A DNA stretch of 64,000 nt, taken from an uncultured Candidatus Saccharibacteria bacterium. Its GTDB lineage: Bacteria; Patescibacteriota; Minisyncoccia; Phycocordibacterales; DATDWN01. The notes under the pieces are model-generated. The model did not search any database and was not told where the DNA came from. It was given only the letters and a program-made list of their open reading frames with translations. Below, one piece after another: positions 48,765 through 59,390 of the stretch. Both the position numbers and the translations under genes were made by a program. Position 1 is the first letter of the stretch. Each line of letters begins with the position of its first letter. The stretch spans positions 4,535 to 68,534 of the forward strand of contig CAZKCA010000003.1 in the NCBI GenBank assembly GCA_964551495.1. Reading direction: 5' to 3'.

Positions 48765-49194
48765 TCCCTTGCCTTACTAGTTCCGCACCTGTGGGCTTGG
48801 TCGGATATGAAGGCAATCACATTCTTTCCGTCTCTCCTTAAGTGGTTGAAATGGGAAGTGTGGAGACTGAATAAGACTTAGGAAGAGTCGGTGATTTACA
48901 ATTGAATAGTCGGTGTGTTTAGCGCACATAGCGCGAAATAATCCCGGATAACCGGGGTTGAGGCAGAGAGGATCGGGGTTTCTTGTAATCTTCCGCATTA
49001 GGTGTGCAGGTACCGTAGACTTCCTGCAGAAGTTTGGAAGATTCACCCATTCCTCCTGTCCGTCAAAAGAGCCGGGCAAACCAAGAATAATCTTGGGCAC
49101 CCGGATCAGGAGATAACACAATAGCTTACCTCTTGATCCGGATGTATGTCGACATCCGGTCAATTTTCTATTACAATTAATAAAGCAAACGCGT

Positions 49195-51912
49195 ATGGCA
49201 CAGGAACTATGTCAAATCTGCAATGAGCGTCCAGCTACGGTTGAAGTAACTGTCTCTCGCAACGGAAGACAGGAGCTTTTGCGCGTCTGCAATTATGATT
49301 ACCAGAAACTGGTTCGCTCACAACAGTTCCGCTCGCCGATGGAACGCATGTTTGGCGGCGGAAGCCCGTTTGATGATTTCTTCTCCGATTTCGATGACTT
49401 TGGAGGATTCTCTTCACGCATTGGTTACCCGATCCCACGTCATCGGGAAGCTTTGGATATAGATCAGTATCTCTCCTCAAGCACGAAGGAACTCATTCAG
49501 GATGCCGGACAGGCCGCAGTAAAACTCAAGAAAAACGAGGTTGATACCGAACATCTCCTGTATGCGCTTTCCGATAATGATGTCATTAAGGAGATTTTCA
49601 AGCAGTTCAAGATAAACGAAGCTGACATCAAAGGCTATATCGAAAACAATGCGCCGAAAGGTACGCAGGAGTCCAAGAAAGGAGAAACGGTTGAGCTCAC
49701 TATCTCTCCGCGCATCAAGAATGTAATGGAGCTTGCGTTCCGCGCAAGTCAGGAACTCGGCCACGGCTACATCGGACCTGAGCATCTTTTGGCTGGTCTC
49801 GTTGAAGAGGAAGATGGCATGGCCGGTGATCTACTTCGCAAATACGGACTTACCCCCGAAAGTCTCCGTCAGAAAATCGTGAAAGTTGTCGGCAAAGGCG
49901 CGAAGGAAGGCCGGGTGGAGACGCAGTCCACTACTCCAACGCTCGACAAGTATTCACGTGACCTTACAAAGCAAGCTTCTGCTGGCAAACTCGACCCGGT
50001 CATAGGCCGATCTGATGAGATTGAGTCAGCTATCGAAATTCTTTCACGCCGCACTAAGAATAACCCCGTGCTTATTGGTGAACCGGGTGTCGGTAAGACC
50101 GCAATCGTTGAAGGACTTGCACAGCGAATCAACAGCGATGATGTTCCGGAGACGCTTCAAGGCAAGCGTGTCGTCGAACTGAATATAAACTCGCTTGTTG
50201 CCGGTTCTAAGTATCGCGGCGAGTTTGAGGAGCGCATTAAGCAAGTGTTGGATGAGGTTCTGGAAAATAAAGATGAGCTCATCATCTTCATCGACGAGCT
50301 CCACACCATCATGGGAGCCGGTGGTACCGGCGAAGAAGGTGGACTCGATGTGTCACAGGTCATTAAACCGCACCTTGCTCGCGGCGATATGCACCTTATC
50401 GGCGCAACGACGCTCTCTGAGTACCAGAAGCATATCGAAAAGGATGCGGCTCTTGAGCGCAGATTCCAACCGGTGTTTGTTTCTGAACCTACCGTTCCGC
50501 AGACAATTGAGATATTAAGGGGTTTACGAGATCGCTATGAGGCGCATCATAAAGTAAAGATTACGGACGAAGCTATTGTTGCGGCGGCAGAACTTTCCGA
50601 CCGCTACATCACAAACCGCTTCTTGCCGGACAAGGCTATTGATCTTGTCGATCAGGCGGCTTCCCGTGTTCGCATTGGTCTCACGTCCCGGCCGGAAGAA
50701 GTCCGCAAAATGGATCAGGAAATTGATCGCCTCAAGAGAGAGCGAGAATATGCTTCTTCCCACAAACAGCACGATAAGGCTAAGGAGCAGGAGTCCAAGA
50801 TTGAAAAGCTTGAGAAGGAGCGATTCGACAAAGAGTCTGCATGGCGTAAGGAGAAAGGTGTCACGACTGCCGAAGTAACCAAACAGCATATCGCGCAGGT
50901 GATCTCAAAGATTACCGGTGTTCCGGTGCAGGAGCTTACGCAGGAAGAAAAAGAAAAGCTCTTGAAGCTCGAAGAGCGTCTCCATGAGCGCGTCATCGGC
51001 CAAGAAGAAGCTATTACGGCAGTCTCTGATGCAATCCGTCGATCTCGCGCAGGTCTATCAGCACAGAAGCGTCCTATAGCAAACTTGCTGTTCTTGGGCC
51101 CGACTGGTGTTGGTAAGACTGAACTTGCAAAAGCTTTGGCGTGGATCGTGTTTGGCGATGAGGACGCAATGGTTCGCATCGATATGTCCGAGTATATGGA
51201 GCGACACGCCGTCTCCCGATTGATCGGTGCTCCGCCTGGCTATGTTGGCTATGAGGAAGGTGGTCAGCTTACCGAGACTGTTCGCCGTCGCCCGCATCAG
51301 GTGATCCTCCTTGATGAGATTGAGAAGGCTCATCCGGATGTTCATAACATTCTTCTTCAAGTATTCGATGACGGCCGTCTTACAGATGGAAAGGGTCGTG
51401 TTGTTGATTTCACCAATACGGTCATCATTGCTACCTCAAATATCGGATCAAGTATTATCCAAGCCAACTTAACTTCCGAAAAAACAAAATCATACGAGGA
51501 GCTTAAAAAAGAATTGGCTGATGTTCTTCGTGCTCAGTTTAAGCCGGAATTCCTCAATCGCATTGATGAAATTATTGTATTCCATTCCCTTACCAAAGAG
51601 CAGATTCGACTTATTGTTACGTTGCAGCTGGAGCGGGTAAAGCGCACTGCTCGCGGACAAGGCATAGAACTCAATTTCTCGGAAAAAGTAATTAATCATC
51701 TTGCAGATATCGGCTATCAACCTGAGTACGGCGCACGAGAACTCAAACGCAAGATTCAGGGAGAGATTGAAACAGGCCTTGCAAAGGAAATGCTCTCCGG
51801 CCGTATTGTCGAAAGGGATATTGTCTCGGTCGGCTTCGACAAGTCCAAAGTGACGTTCACAAAGGAAGAAACGAAAAAAGAACGTAAGAAAGTACCAACC
51901 CCTAAGAAGTAA
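49195..51912 (+). CDS. clpG: ClpG-type AAA+ disaggregase (class I Clp ATPase with N-terminal Zn-binding N1 domain)
   Basis: [14 protein letters not shown]...VCNYDY...[16 protein letters not shown]1 domain; Clp_N repeats; [34 protein letters not shown]. Confidence 0.82.
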   Translation: MAQELCQICNERPATVEVTVSRNGRQELLRVCNYDYQKLVRSQQFRSPMERMFGGGSPFDDFFSDFDDFGGFSSRIGYPIPRHREALDIDQYLSSSTKELIQDAGQAAVKLKKNEVDTEHLLYALSDNDVIKEIFKQFKINEADIKGYIENNAPKGTQESKKGETVELTISPRIKNVMELAFRASQELGHGYIGPEHLLAGLVEEEDGMAGDLLRKYGLTPESLRQKIVKVVGKGAKEGRVETQSTTPTLDKYSRDLTKQASAGKLDPVIGRSDEIESAIEILSRRTKNNPVLIGEPGVGKTAIVEGLAQRINSDDVPETLQGKRVVELNINSLVAGSKYRGEFEERIKQVLDEVLENKDELIIFIDELHTIMGAGGTGEEGGLDVSQVIKPHLARGDMHLIGATTLSEYQKHIEKDAALERRFQPVFVSEPTVPQTIEILRGLRDRYEAHHKVKITDEAIVAAAELSDRYITNRFLPDKAIDLVDQAASRVRIGLTSRPEEVRKMDQEIDRLKREREYASSHKQHDKAKEQESKIEKLEKERFDKESAWRKEKGVTTAEVTKQHIAQVISKITGVPVQELTQEEKEKLLKLEERLHERVIGQEEAITAVSDAIRRSRAGLSAQKRPIANLLFLGPTGVGKTELAKALAWIVFGDEDAMVRIDMSEYMERHAVSRLIGAPPGYVGYEEGGQLTETVRRRPHQVILLDEIEKAHPDVHNILLQVFDDGRLTDGKGRVVDFTNTVIIATSNIGSSIIQANLTSEKTKSYEELKKELADVLRAQFKPEFLNRIDEIIVFHSLTKEQIRLIVTLQLERVKRTARGQGIELNFSEKVINHLADIGYQPEYGARELKRKIQGEIETGLAKEMLSGRIVERDIVSVGFDKSKVTFTKEETKKERKKVPTPKK

Positions 51913-51918
51913 ACTGCC

Positions 51919-53163
51919 ATGTTCAGAGATCTAACAAAAAAAGAAATGCAGAGGCTCTTGTTCGTCGGCGTTGCGTCGGCTTTGATCGCTGTGCTCATTG
52001 CCGGCTCTGGCTTTACGCTTCTCTTGAAGAATAAGCCGGAGGTGCTTGGCATGGCGCTCACAGCGGCGGCTAACAGCCCCTCTGGAGTCTTGGTTGTGTC
52101 TTCAACAGACGACGCGGTCATCAATGCGGTAAAGAAGGCCGACCCAGCAGTCGTTGCGATAACGATATCAAAAAACGTGCCAGTGTATGAACAGTATCTG
52201 GAACGGGTGCCGAGTCCGTGGAGCGACTTCTTTTGGGATGATTTCTTCGGTGGCTTTACCGTACCGCAATTGCGACAAAAAGGTACTGAACTGCGCGAGG
52301 TCGGTGGTGGCTCTGGATTTCTTGTCTCAGCCGACGGCTACATCGTTACTAACCGGCACGTAGTAGCTGACGAAAACGCCGAGTACACGGTCTTCACCAA
52401 TGACGGTAAGAAATACGACGCGAAAGTCATTGCTCGCGATCCTGCGCTTGATCTGGCGATCATAAAAATTAACGGTTCGGGCTTACATTACCTCACGTTC
52501 GGCGATTCAGATAAGCTCCAAGTCGGCCAAACCGTAGTTGCTATTGGCAATGCGCTTGCGGAGTTCAGGAATACCGTATCAGTCGGTATCGTATCCGGTC
52601 TCTCTCGCTCGATAGTTGCCTCCGATGGTCTCGGTCGCAATGCCGAATCTCTGGATCAGCTTATTCAGACAGACGCTGGTATAAATCAGGGTAACTCCGG
52701 TGGACCTCTCTTGAACCTCACCGGAGAGGTTATCGGAGTCAATGTCGCAATGGCAGATGGTGCAGAAAATATCGGATTTGCTCTCTCTGCAAACAGCGTA
52801 AAGAGTATTGTTGAATCGGTTAAGAAAACCGGCAAGATTGTGCGTCCGTATCTTGGAGTACGCTATGTAGAAATTAACGAGGACATTAAGCAAAAGAATC
52901 ATCTTTCCGTTGACTATGGCGTATTTGTTCAGCGAGGAGCAGAAGCCGGAGACTTAGCGGTCATTCCTGGATCTCCTGCGGACAAGGCTGGAATCGTTGA
53001 AAACGACATTATTCTTGAGATCGACGGCATTAAGCTCACAAATGATCAGAGCCTTGCAAGCATCATTCGTACGAAAAAAGTTGGAGATAATATACGGCTT
53101 AAGATTCTAAGCAAAGGTAAAGAAAAAACAGTGGAGGTGGTATTGGAAGAGATGAAGCAATAG
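51919..53163 (+). CDS. HtrA/DegP serine protease with PDZ domain
   Basis: GSGF, TNRHV, DLA, QTDAGINQGNSGGPL, PYLGV, GSPADKAGI. Confidence 0.95.
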   Translation: MFRDLTKKEMQRLLFVGVASALIAVLIAGSGFTLLLKNKPEVLGMALTAAANSPSGVLVVSSTDDAVINAVKKADPAVVAITISKNVPVYEQYLERVPSPWSDFFWDDFFGGFTVPQLRQKGTELREVGGGSGFLVSADGYIVTNRHVVADENAEYTVFTNDGKKYDAKVIARDPALDLAIIKINGSGLHYLTFGDSDKLQVGQTVVAIGNALAEFRNTVSVGIVSGLSRSIVASDGLGRNAESLDQLIQTDAGINQGNSGGPLLNLTGEVIGVNVAMADGAENIGFALSANSVKSIVESVKKTGKIVRPYLGVRYVEINEDIKQKNHLSVDYGVFVQRGAEAGDLAVIPGSPADKAGIVENDIILEIDGIKLTNDQSLASIIRTKKVGDNIRLKILSKGKEKTVEVVLEEMKQ

Positions 53164-53174
53164 TACATTGGTAC

Positions 53175-53209
53175 ATACAAAAAGAGCGATTACTTCGCTC
53201 TTTTTGTAT
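53175..53209. terminator. bidirectional terminator
   Basis: ATACAAAAAGAGCGA-TTACT-TCGCTCTTTTTGTAT. Confidence 0.8.
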
Positions 53210-53276
53210 ACAACACAGCTTTGTGGGTCACAGCTCAACGTCGAGCTTGTGGGTTGCCAAAACTAATAAGTTCTCT

Positions 53277-53366
53277 TGGCGGAGGAGGTGAGATTCGAAC
53301 TCACGGTCCCCGTAAAGAGACTCCTGTTTTCAAGACAGGTGCAATCGACCACTCTGCCACTCCTCC
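53277..53366 (-). tRNA. tRNA-Ser(TGA), island integration site
   Basis: GGAGGAG acceptor, CCTGT-CTTGAAA-ACAGG, long variable arm, encoded CCA. Confidence 0.96.
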
Positions 53367-53371
53367 ATATT

Positions 53372-53587
53372 TTATTTTTCTATTGTTTCAACTCTATAGT
53401 TCTTTGCAATAAAGAATATATAAACTATATCTAATATTGCCAAGCTGTTTATTACAAGTATAGCGATGAACCATTTGTTGTGAGAAAGTCTAGCGGCTTT
53501 CCATAGAGCCACCCCTTTCCATGGTATTGTCCATAGTGCCATAGCTAGTAAAAACCAAGGGTTTGTTGCAAGCATTTCTATTGACAT
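53372..53587 (-). CDS. DUF5652 family membrane protein
   Basis: WTIPWKGVALWKAAR...WF..LVIN. Confidence 0.85.
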   Translation of the reverse strand: MSIEMLATNPWFLLAMALWTIPWKGVALWKAARLSHNKWFIAILVINSLAILDIVYIFFIAKNYRVETIEK

Positions 53588-53650
53588 ACAAGCATAATAC
53601 CAAAATTAGCCTTTAATGCAATATTTAAACATTTAATATACAATCTAGTT

Positions 53651-54040
53651 ATGAGATATTTGGGTATAGATTTTGGTAAAAAGAGGGTAGGCCTTTCTTT
53701 TTCAGATGAAGATGGAAAAATAGCTTTTCCTCTACTTGTTTTAGAAAATTCAGAAAAAATTATAGAAGAAATAAAAAAAATTATTTTAGATAAAAAAATA
53801 GACAAAGTGGTGGTGGGGGAGTCTAAAGACTTTAATATGAATGAAAACCCTATAATGGAAGACATAAAAATGTTTTCTGAAAAATTATTACAAAATAAAA
53901 TTTCGGTAGTTTTTCATCCAGAGTTTTTGACTTCCCAAGAGGCAATACAAATACAAGGTAAAAATGATATGTTGGATGCTTCAGCTGCTACAATTATTTT
54001 ACAAAGTTATTTAGATAAACAAAAAAATGATATCAATTGA
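53651..54040 (+). CDS. ruvX: YqgF/RuvX family nuclease
   Basis: LGIDFGKKRVGLSFSD, E.LTS.EA, D..AA.IILQSYLD. Confidence 0.93.
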   Translation: MRYLGIDFGKKRVGLSFSDEDGKIAFPLLVLENSEKIIEEIKKIILDKKIDKVVVGESKDFNMNENPIMEDIKMFSEKLLQNKISVVFHPEFLTSQEAIQIQGKNDMLDASAATIILQSYLDKQKNDIN

Positions 54041-54353
54041 TGATTTTCACAAAGTTGAAATAAAAATAGGAGAGATTTTAGAAGCCGAAAAAGTAGAAGG
54101 ATCAGATAAGCTTCTAAAACTATCTGTTGATTTTGGTGAAGAAAAACCAAGACAAATAGTATCTGGAATTTCTATGTATTTTGAAAATCCACAAGATCTT
54201 GTTGGTAAAAAATGTGCTTTCGCTACTAATTTAGAATATAGAGTAATAAAAGGTTTAGAATCTCAAGGTATGATACTTGCTGTATCTGGGGACAATTTCT
54301 TCTCTCTGCTTGAGGTAAATGAAAAGGTTTTGCCAGGAAGTAGTATAAAATAA
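54027..54353 (+). CDS. tRNA-binding OB-fold protein (MetG C-terminal/Trbp111-like)
   Basis: DDFHKVEIKIG, SDKLL, RQIVSGI, NL..R...G.ESQGMIL. Confidence 0.9.
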   Translation: MISIDDFHKVEIKIGEILEAEKVEGSDKLLKLSVDFGEEKPRQIVSGISMYFENPQDLVGKKCAFATNLEYRVIKGLESQGMILAVSGDNFFSLLEVNEKVLPGSSIK

Positions 54354-54391
54354 ATATACTTATTTGATTTATTTTATTATAATTAATTCAA

Positions 54392-55357
54392 ATGGTATTT
54401 AAAAAATTTTTTGATTTATTGCCTCCACCAAGAATTTTAGATATTCCAAGTTTTTCTATTGCTGTTTCCGATAGAAACATAAGATGTGTTCTTTTGGGTA
54501 AAAATAATGGTAGTTTAGAGTTGGTTAAATATTCTGAGTATCCTATTCCAGAAGGGGTTGTATCAGGCGGACAAATAGATAATACAGATGAATTTTCTAA
54601 GATCCTTAAGAAAATAAAAATAGAATATAAACTGAATTATGTCAGGGTATCTATTTTGGAAGAAAAAGCATATATATTTAAAACCGAAATACCTTTAGTA
54701 AAAAGAAAAGAAATCTGCGATGCTATTGAATTTATTTTGGAAGAAAATGTTCCTGTTCCAGCAAACGAGTTAGTTTTTGACTACGCTGTCGTGGGACAGA
54801 ATAATGAAAATCTAGACGTAGTAGTTGTTGCTTTACCTACTAAAAATGTAGAAAGTTACCTTCAGACTCTTGAGATGGCGGACTTGAAACTTCTATCTCT
54901 AGAGGTTGAGTCTCAATCAATATCTCAGGCTGTAATTTCTCCAAATGACAAGGAAACAAAGATGGTCATTTATTTTAACAAAGAAAAAATGTCTGTTTAT
55001 GTTGTTAGTAAGTCTGTTGTTCACTTTGTTTCTACAAGTTCCATAAGAGGCGAAATAAAAGAAAATATTCCATATATTTCACAAGAGATTAAAAAAATAA
55101 ATTCCTACTGGAGGTCTTTAGAAGACAACACCAAAGATTCAAAAAGGGAAATCACCACGGTTTTGGTTTGCGGGGATTTTGTTTCCGAGGATGTTTTGTC
55201 TCAAATATCTGTTAATACAAAATTGCCAATTGTATTAGCTAATGTTTGGACCAATGTTTATAATTTAGATAAATTTATTCCAAATATAAACTTTGAAAAT
55301 TCGCTTGCTTATGCTCCAGCCATAGGTCTGTCTATACCAAGAGATATTTTGATATAA
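54392..55357 (+). CDS. pilM: type IV pilus assembly protein PilM-like
   Basis: IPEGVV.GG.I, VP....ELVFDY, L.CG, YA.AIGL. Confidence 0.8.
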   Translation: MVFKKFFDLLPPPRILDIPSFSIAVSDRNIRCVLLGKNNGSLELVKYSEYPIPEGVVSGGQIDNTDEFSKILKKIKIEYKLNYVRVSILEEKAYIFKTEIPLVKRKEICDAIEFILEENVPVPANELVFDYAVVGQNNENLDVVVVALPTKNVESYLQTLEMADLKLLSLEVESQSISQAVISPNDKETKMVIYFNKEKMSVYVVSKSVVHFVSTSSIRGEIKENIPYISQEIKKINSYWRSLEDNTKDSKREITTVLVCGDFVSEDVLSQISVNTKLPIVLANVWTNVYNLDKFIPNINFENSLAYAPAIGLSIPRDILI

Positions 55358-55361
55358 AAAC

Positions 55362-55901
55362 ATGTTTAATTTATTACCAAATCAATCAAAGAAAATCATT
55401 TCAAAAGATTACTTTTTGAGAAGATACTCTGTTGTTTTAGGTGTTGTTATTTTCGTCGAGATTTGGTTAATAGTTTTTCTTTTTCCATCTCTAGTTACAT
55501 CTTATTTTAAAGAAAAAGATTTGTTATATCAGGTTGATTCGGTAAAAGGATCTAATGTTGCCAAAGATGCAGGACTAATATCGGATGTGATTGTTTCTAC
55601 TAATACAAAACTAGGTTTATATGAAAATGAATTTGATTATCCTCAGATAGTTCCAATTATAAAAGATATTTTATCTTATAAAACCCAATCAATATCTTTT
55701 ACTGATTTTATGTATGAGTTTACTGGAACTTCTACCGCTACAATATCTGTTAGGGGACGAGCTTTAACAAGAGAATCTCTGGTCTCTTTTGTTAGAAACA
55801 TAGAAGATTCAAATATTTTTAAGGAAGTAGATTTGCCGGTAAGCAATTTGGCCAAGGATAGAAATATAGATTTTACTGTCAGTCTTTATTTTGAAAATTA
55901 A
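55362..55901 (+). CDS. pilN: PilN-like protein
   Basis: N-terminal NLLP, TM, 'G.A.TRESL..F...E....F..V.LP'. Confidence 0.75.
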   Translation: MFNLLPNQSKKIISKDYFLRRYSVVLGVVIFVEIWLIVFLFPSLVTSYFKEKDLLYQVDSVKGSNVAKDAGLISDVIVSTNTKLGLYENEFDYPQIVPIIKDILSYKTQSISFTDFMYEFTGTSTATISVRGRALTRESLVSFVRNIEDSNIFKEVDLPVSNLAKDRNIDFTVSLYFEN

Positions 55902-55905
55902 AAAC

Positions 55906-56454
55906 ATGAACAAGTCTTTTTCAAAAAAAATAATAATAATTTATCTAACAATCATTTTATTGTTGATTGGTGTTTATGTTTTTATTTTTATAAAAATAAA
56001 AGACTATAATAAAAACATAGCTTATCTTGAAAACGAGGTTTTTCTTCAGCAGGATAAACAACAAAAAATGTCTCTTATGGAGGATATGATAGAAGACAAT
56101 AGAGAGTACATAGATTTGATTGAGAATTCTGTCATACCAAAAGGAGGAGATGTTGCTTTTATAGAAACTATAGAAAATTTGGCTTCACAAAATGAATTAG
56201 TAATGACAATACAATCCTTGTCTTTTGAAGATTCCAATACTTTGGATGAAAAAGGGATGACTTTTTTCAAAGTAAGAGCAACCACAAAAGGATCTTGGAC
56301 TAATACTTATTCTTTCTTGGCTCTTTTAGAAGCCTTGCCTTTGTCTATTAAGATAGAGAATCTTGCGTTGATATATTCTTCTACTGAATCAGGTGGCAAC
56401 ATCAGACCAGAATGGCAAATGAGTATAGATATGAAGGTTTTAAAATATAAATAA
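55906..56454 (+). CDS. PilO-like protein
   Basis: TM + coiled coil, 'GSW....FL..LE.LP....I..L'. Confidence 0.7.
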   Translation: MNKSFSKKIIIIYLTIILLLIGVYVFIFIKIKDYNKNIAYLENEVFLQQDKQQKMSLMEDMIEDNREYIDLIENSVIPKGGDVAFIETIENLASQNELVMTIQSLSFEDSNTLDEKGMTFFKVRATTKGSWTNTYSFLALLEALPLSIKIENLALIYSSTESGGNIRPEWQMSIDMKVLKYK

Positions 56455-56458
56455 AAAT

Positions 56459-56791
56459 ATGTTTGATTTTTTCAAAAAAATAAAATTTTTAAATATAAAT
56501 AACAAAAGAAAACCTGTTTCTTATGAAAAAACCGGTATCAATCCAAAAAAAGATTGGTCAAAAATAATAGTATTAACTTTTGTAGCTTTGGTTTTAGGTG
56601 GTTTTTTAAGTCTTTATTTTTATATTCAAATAGAAAATGGGGCATTATTTAAAACCGATTATGAGACTCCAAATGTAACTTCTCTCAATAAGCAAGCCTT
56701 AGATAGGGTAATAAGTGAAATGGAGGAGAAACAAATCTTGGCTGATTCAATAAATTCTTCAAAATCTTCTCTGGCCGATCCAGCTAGATAA
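56459..56791 (+). CDS. single-TM hypothetical protein in pil operon
   Basis: 'NPKKDW' then TM; C-terminal DP. Confidence 0.7.
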   Translation: MFDFFKKIKFLNINNKRKPVSYEKTGINPKKDWSKIIVLTFVALVLGGFLSLYFYIQIENGALFKTDYETPNVTSLNKQALDRVISEMEEKQILADSINSSKSSLADPAR

Positions 56792-56831
56792 CTTTTCTGT
56801 TTTTATAAAGTATGTTAATCTATTTTTGTTT

Positions 56832-56903
56832 GCTCTCGTAGTTCAATGGATAGAACAGAGCTCTTCTAAGGCTTTGATGTAGGTTCGATTCCTGCCGAGA
56901 GCA
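56832..56903 (+). tRNA. tRNA-Arg(TCT)
   Basis: GCTCTCG acceptor, GAGCT-CTTCTAA-GGCTT, GGTTCGATTCC. Confidence 0.95.
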
Positions 56904-56957
56904 CAATATATTTTCTTTTTTAATAAATAGTGGCAACCTTCATCAGAAGGAGGTTAT

Positions 56958-57134
56958 ATGTATATTGAACTGGTTCATGATGGAGTTCTTATTCCAAAAG
57001 TAAGAGGGTGGGATATTTTGGAAAAAATAAAAGATATTAATATCTTAAACAAGAAAGAATTTGAGTCAGTGTTTATAAATAATAACTTTTTTATTGATGA
57101 CTTAAAAATTTGTTTTTCCGATGAACAAATATAG
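56958..57134 (+). CDS. small 58-aa hypothetical protein (not in ORF track)
   Basis: AGGAGGT SD then MYIELVHDGVLIPKVRGWDILEK...CFSDEQI. Confidence 0.45.
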   Translation: MYIELVHDGVLIPKVRGWDILEKIKDINILNKKEFESVFINNNFFIDDLKICFSDEQI

Positions 57135-57330
57135 GTCTTGTTTGTTTTTTCCAAACAATATTTTTATCACTCCTTTTTGTCATGACATAAATGATAAAAG
57201 TTGTAGCTATTGTCATTTGTCGGAAATTATAATCCCAATAAATAACTATTGGAGATTGAATGATACCTGGACAGTTAAGGTTTTTATAATAATAATTTAA
57301 AAGTTTACCGATAACGGTAAACTTTTTTTG

Positions 57331-57404
57331 TGCGCGATGAGGGACTTGAACCCCCGACCCTTCGAGTGTAAATCGAGCGCTCTAGCCAACTGAGCTAATC
57401 GCGC
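57331..57404 (-). tRNA. tRNA-Val(TAC)
   Basis: GCGCGAT acceptor, TCGA-TTTACAC-TCGA, GGTTCAAGTCC. Confidence 0.94.
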
Positions 57405-57464
57405 GCATATTGAGTATATACTAAAAGTAAATTAATTCAAGATTAATATGTTATATTACTTTAA

Positions 57465-58184
57465 ATGGAAATCAATATTTTATACGAAAACTCTGATTTT
57501 TTGGTTATAAATAAACCGTCTGGAATTATGGTGCATGGAGATGGTAGAACCAAAGAAAAAACAGTTGTAGATTGGTTTATTTCAAGATATCCAGAAAGTA
57601 AAGGGATTGGTGAACCAGCTAGAGATAACAAAGGTAATCCAATAGAAAGATCTGGTGTTATACATAGATTGGACAAAGAGACTTCAGGTGCTTTAATTTT
57701 GGTAAAAACAAAAGAGGGTTTTGAAAGTATAAAATCACAATTTAAAAATCATCAAGTTAAAAAAGAGTACCATGCTTTTCTTATAGGTGAATTAAAAGAA
57801 GATAAAGGTGTTATAAACAGACCAATCGGAAGAAGTTCGAGTGATTTTAGAAAATGGTCGGCTCAAAGGGGAGCAAGAGGAGAGCTGAGGGAGGCTATTA
57901 CAGAATATGAAGTAATTTTTAAAAAAAGTGGGGTTTCTTTTGTTAAAGTTTTTCCAAAGACCGGGAGGACTCATCAAATAAGAGTACACTTTAAGGCTAT
58001 AAATTATCCTTTAGTTGCTGATAATTTATATGGTCCAAGTAAACAAAATGAATTGGGTTTCCAAAGGACGGCTCTTCATGCCTATTCTATAGGCTTTAAT
58101 AATCTAGATGGTCACGGTGTTGTTGTATCAGCCCCTTATCCAGAAGACTTTATTGTTGCTTTAGATAAGTTGCAAAGTAAATAA
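57465..58184 (+). CDS. RluA family pseudouridine synthase
   Basis: INKPSG..VH, HRLDKETSG, TGRTHQIRVH, LHA. Confidence 0.95.
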   Translation: MEINILYENSDFLVINKPSGIMVHGDGRTKEKTVVDWFISRYPESKGIGEPARDNKGNPIERSGVIHRLDKETSGALILVKTKEGFESIKSQFKNHQVKKEYHAFLIGELKEDKGVINRPIGRSSSDFRKWSAQRGARGELREAITEYEVIFKKSGVSFVKVFPKTGRTHQIRVHFKAINYPLVADNLYGPSKQNELGFQRTALHAYSIGFNNLDGHGVVVSAPYPEDFIVALDKLQSK

Positions 58185-58208
58185 TCTTGTGTTAGATTTG
58201 TAGTCACT

Positions 58209-58646
58209 ATGGCAAAAACAGTTTTGTCTCCAGTAAATATAGCTCAAAGGAAAGCTCTTGATATAAGGTCTGGAGATACGGTATTAGTTCAACAGAAAAT
58301 TGTTGAAAAAGATAAAAAAACAGGAAAAATGAAGACTAGACTTCAGGCTTTTGAAGGTTTAGTTATTGCTGTAAAACATGGAAAAGAAGCAGGTGGAACA
58401 TTTACAGTAAGAAAAGTTTCTCTTGGTGTAGGAGTAGAAAAGATTTTTCCTATATATTCTCCAATGATTGATTCTATAGAAGTTGTTAAAAGATCTAAGG
58501 TTCGTAGAGCAAAGCTGTATCACATAAGAGATAAGGCATCTAAAGAAATTAGGAGACAAATGAGAAATATAAGAGAACTTCCAGATACTCCAGAAATACA
58601 AGAGGAAATAAAAGAAGAGGTTAAAGAAGTAGAAGAAGTAAAATAA
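58209..58646 (+). CDS. rplS: 50S ribosomal protein L19
   Basis: [38 protein letters not shown]. Confidence 0.98.
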   Translation: MAKTVLSPVNIAQRKALDIRSGDTVLVQQKIVEKDKKTGKMKTRLQAFEGLVIAVKHGKEAGGTFTVRKVSLGVGVEKIFPIYSPMIDSIEVVKRSKVRRAKLYHIRDKASKEIRRQMRNIRELPDTPEIQEEIKEEVKEVEEVK

Positions 58647-58721
58647 AAATCCCGAAAGGGATTTTTTTGAATTGTTAATTAGTAGACTATATTGTTTGAG
58701 ATCATGTTATAATTAGTTAAA

Positions 58722-59384
58722 ATGAATAGGGGACCAAAACCTAAAAAAATCATAAACGATAAATGGAGTTCGGAATTATCTTATGCGGTAGGTCTTATTG
58801 TTGCCGATGGTTGTTTATGTAACGATGGTCTACTTATTGACTTTACTTCAAAAGACAAAGATCAAATTATAAATTATTTAAAATGCCTTAATTTAAATAA
58901 AAAAATTGGTTTAAAGAGAAATAACAAATCAGTCTGTTTTAGGGTACAGTTTAAAAATAAAATTTTTTATAATTTTTTGTTATCTATTGGGTTGACATCT
59001 AAAAAATCTTTAACCATTAAAAAAATATTAGTTCCAGATGCTTATTTTTATGATTTTTTAAGAGGATACTTTGATGGGGATGGATGTAGCTATTCTTATA
59101 AAGACAAAAGATGGAAATCTAGTTTTATGTTTTATATATCTTTTTCTTCGGGTTCAATGGATTTTTTAGAGTGGATTCGTCTAAAATTGAATAGTCTTAT
59201 AGGAGTAAAAGGTCATATAAGTATTAATAAAGTTAAAAAAAATAATATACAACTTAAATATTCAAAACATGAAGCAATAAAAATTTTGAGAAAAATTTAT
59301 TACAAGGAAGATGTTATTTGTTTAAAAAGAAAAAAATTGAAAATTATTAATTCTTTAGATATTATAGGTAAAAAATTTATTTAA
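58722..59384 (+). CDS. free-standing LAGLIDADG family endonuclease
   Basis: YAVGLIVADGC and FLRGYFDGDGC motifs. Confidence 0.9.
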   Translation: MNRGPKPKKIINDKWSSELSYAVGLIVADGCLCNDGLLIDFTSKDKDQIINYLKCLNLNKKIGLKRNNKSVCFRVQFKNKIFYNFLLSIGLTSKKSLTIKKILVPDAYFYDFLRGYFDGDGCSYSYKDKRWKSSFMFYISFSSGSMDFLEWIRLKLNSLIGVKGHISINKVKKNNIQLKYSKHEAIKILRKIYYKEDVICLKRKKLKIINSLDIIGKKFI

Positions 59385-59390
59385 ATTTAT

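Larger units (their letters stand above)
34394..53296. mobile_element. genomic island integrated at tRNA-Ser(TGA) 3' end
   Basis: 18-bp direct repeat GCGGAGGAGGTGAGATTC at 34394-34411 and 53279-53296; abrupt rise in GC and CpG; recombinase, MTases, DGR cargo. Confidence 0.85.

Noticed and set aside
34394-53296. Intact prophage
   Set aside because: No capsid, portal, terminase large subunit, tail or lysis genes recognised
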